A DNA stretch of 62,285 nt, the filler included, from Thelocarpon superellum (taxonomy: Eukaryota), in the NCBI GenBank assembly GCA_026025795.1. It is 6 parts of 6 records of this genome, joined end to end, with 100 filler letters (N's around TTAATTAATTAA, not from the genome) between each part and the next. Parts side by side here need not be neighbours in the genome. Positions count along the whole stretch, not along the records: positions 52,076 to 62,285 come from JAPEUG010000536.1; 5 more parts are not named here. One strand, 5' to 3'. The position numbers were made by a program, and so were the translations under genes. This document shows positions 60,392 to 62,285 of the stretch, piece by piece. How positions within the stretch are numbered: the first letter of the stretch is position 1; each line of letters starts with the position of its first letter. The notes beneath the pieces were generated by a model. It had not been told where the DNA came from, did no database searches, and saw only the letters and a program-made list of their open reading frames with translations.

Positions 60392-62285
60392 GTTACCCTT
60401 GCCACGGGGAGTCTCCCTGCCTCGATCGATCGTGGATGGATGCTGCCAGATGTGCGTGGGTGGGTGCATTTGGTGTTTACACGCGAGCCACCTTGACAAC
60501 ACTCTTCCGCATCAAGGCTAGTACGGATTCGTCGTGGAAGGCGCATCACGTGATGTCCACGGCGCTCCGGCTAGCCCGCGCCCGCTGGCTTCGTCCCCGC
60601 CATTAAACTTCGTGCGCCCCAGTCGTACGGGAGGGGGTACGTAGGAATGAGCGGACAACGAAGTCAAGGTACCACGGGCATAAAAAGGCCACACCGCCCT
60701 AAGGAGCGAGCAAGGAGCACCCCTTCAGTTTCAGTGTTGCTAGATGGCCTACCATGGAGCGCTCCCGTTGATTTTGTGTCGTGCAAATATTCTATTGTCT
60801 GGCGTACCCATCGAGTCACGCTAGACGTTGGTGTCGAGATTCGCAGTCAGCTCCTACAGGTGTCCGGTCATTTCTGCAAACCCCTCCCGTTCATGAGCCG
60901 GGAGCATGGCCGGTGGAGAGAAAGCAGCCTACCTCAAGGTCCATTCACGCAGGCCTGCAAGCCTTGGCCAGCAACTCATTAAATCAGGCAATCGGATTCC
61001 ACCCTGCTTTCGAATGCGGTCTAGTTTGCGAGCTCCTCTTTCAAAGAGTCGCGTAGCGCGGCCAGTAACATGCTCTTCGACCGCTCGAGAGGCCGACGTG
61101 TCAGTTCTACTTTTGAGTACATGTCAGACGAGTGCGTCGCGAGTTGCAATTGATCGACGCCAAATTCAACGAATCTGTGCGCGGCGGTCGCTGGCAATTC
61201 ACGTTTCCGTCTCCATGCTGTAGGAGCCGCGGTGATCTACGAGTACGGGTCAGGACGACCTATTCGTCAACATGCTCGGACACCATTAGCCTTGCCGTTG
61301 GCGCCAGAGCCGTCCCTCATCCGTGGAGCCGTGACAGGGGTGATGCTCCCGTGACGGAGTCTTGCATACTCAACTGTGGTCAAGCTTGACATCCCGTCAC
61401 GACTCGTTGGCGATTCGGCCGTGGGTGCGACCGCGCCAAAAGGCTTTGAAATGGACGTGTGGACCAGTAACGGCACGACAGCCACATGGGTCCTTGGGAC
61501 GAACGCTGATTAGCAGCCCGCGGTCCACCGTCCACTTACTCGGTAGAGCTTCGGCCGAGTATGCCGTCGTTTCTTTTTGCACCCTACGGAGGACGCCAAG
61601 AATGGGCCAGTCAGCGAGAGATACCGTAGAAATTTGCAGAGCTGTCACTCTTACTGGTCAACAAGTACCCTTCCGTACCCACAGGCAGGGTAAAAGCATC
61701 GCAGGATCTGCTAGTCTGGTGGGGGGCTCTGGCCATCCATGCGTCCATTCGAGGCGCGATCGAATGATGGTGACGAACGCTGACCTCGACCGGTGGCATA
61801 GTCTCACGGCGAGCAAATGAGAGGCGGTGAAACCGTAGAGAGGGGACAATTGCGAGTGCGTGCGGGCCTGACAGGACGTCGGGCGCATTTGCATGCCATT
61901 CCGGCTGCGAGATGATGTGCCTCGTCCTCGCTCGCTCTCCTCGTTTCTGTGTTCCTGCCTCCGTCGTGGTGGGTGCCCCGTCCCGCAAGCCCTTGGTGGG
62001 AAGCATGATCGGGGAATTTGGCCCTTGACCGGGAAAGCCTGCCCCGGCTGCGCGAGCGCCAACGCCAACGCCAACATCGCTCTCGCCCTCTGTCCCTCGC
62101 CCTCGCGTCATCATCCGGTCGGCCTGGTTTTCGCCCTTGAACGCCGCACTTCGACCCGGTCGTACGAGGACCAGTCCCTCGCACCCAGCATTTCACCCGC
62201 TCCGAGCCCCGTCTGGTTCCACCGCGCACCCACTCCCTCGCAGTAGTTGGCGGACGTGGCTGTTGCGTGCAACCAACTGGTGCGA

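Overview
Eukaryotic DNA: a GC-rich, intron-rich filamentous ascomycete (Pezizomycotina-type) genome, judged from short GT-AG introns with CTRAC branch sites and fungal gene families. The window is not one contiguous locus. It holds six ~10.2-10.4 kb segments joined by identical artificial 100-nt spacers (44 N + TTAATTAATTAA + 44 N), in strictly decreasing length, so gene order across spacers is meaningless. Segment 1: VPS26, gluconokinase, branched-chain keto-acid dehydrogenase E2, and an orphan last exon. Segment 2: truncated secreted Gly/Ser-rich protein, PHS1, IRC6/p34, SmD3, GEP4, and a Phx1/Pho2-like homeobox factor. Segment 3: a Zn2Cys6 transcription factor in long non-coding DNA. Segment 4: a pseudogene, a small secreted CBM52-like Cys-rich protein, a probable divergent CENP-P/Ctf19, RPL13, and a coiled-coil protein. 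Segment 5: Caf120/Skg3 PH protein and truncated PTC7. Segment 6: truncated ZTA1, D-amino-acid oxidase, OTU deubiquitinase and NUF2. I saw no CRISPR, tRNA/rRNA, intact transposon or biosynthetic cluster, and no convincing new multi-gene system. Best leads: the CENP-P assignment, the stand-alone CBM52-like protein, a GC-AG intron, an AUG-free in-frame leader on the homeobox gene, microsatellite-derived protein insertions, and several decayed gene relics. All family assignments are from recalled motifs, not database searches.
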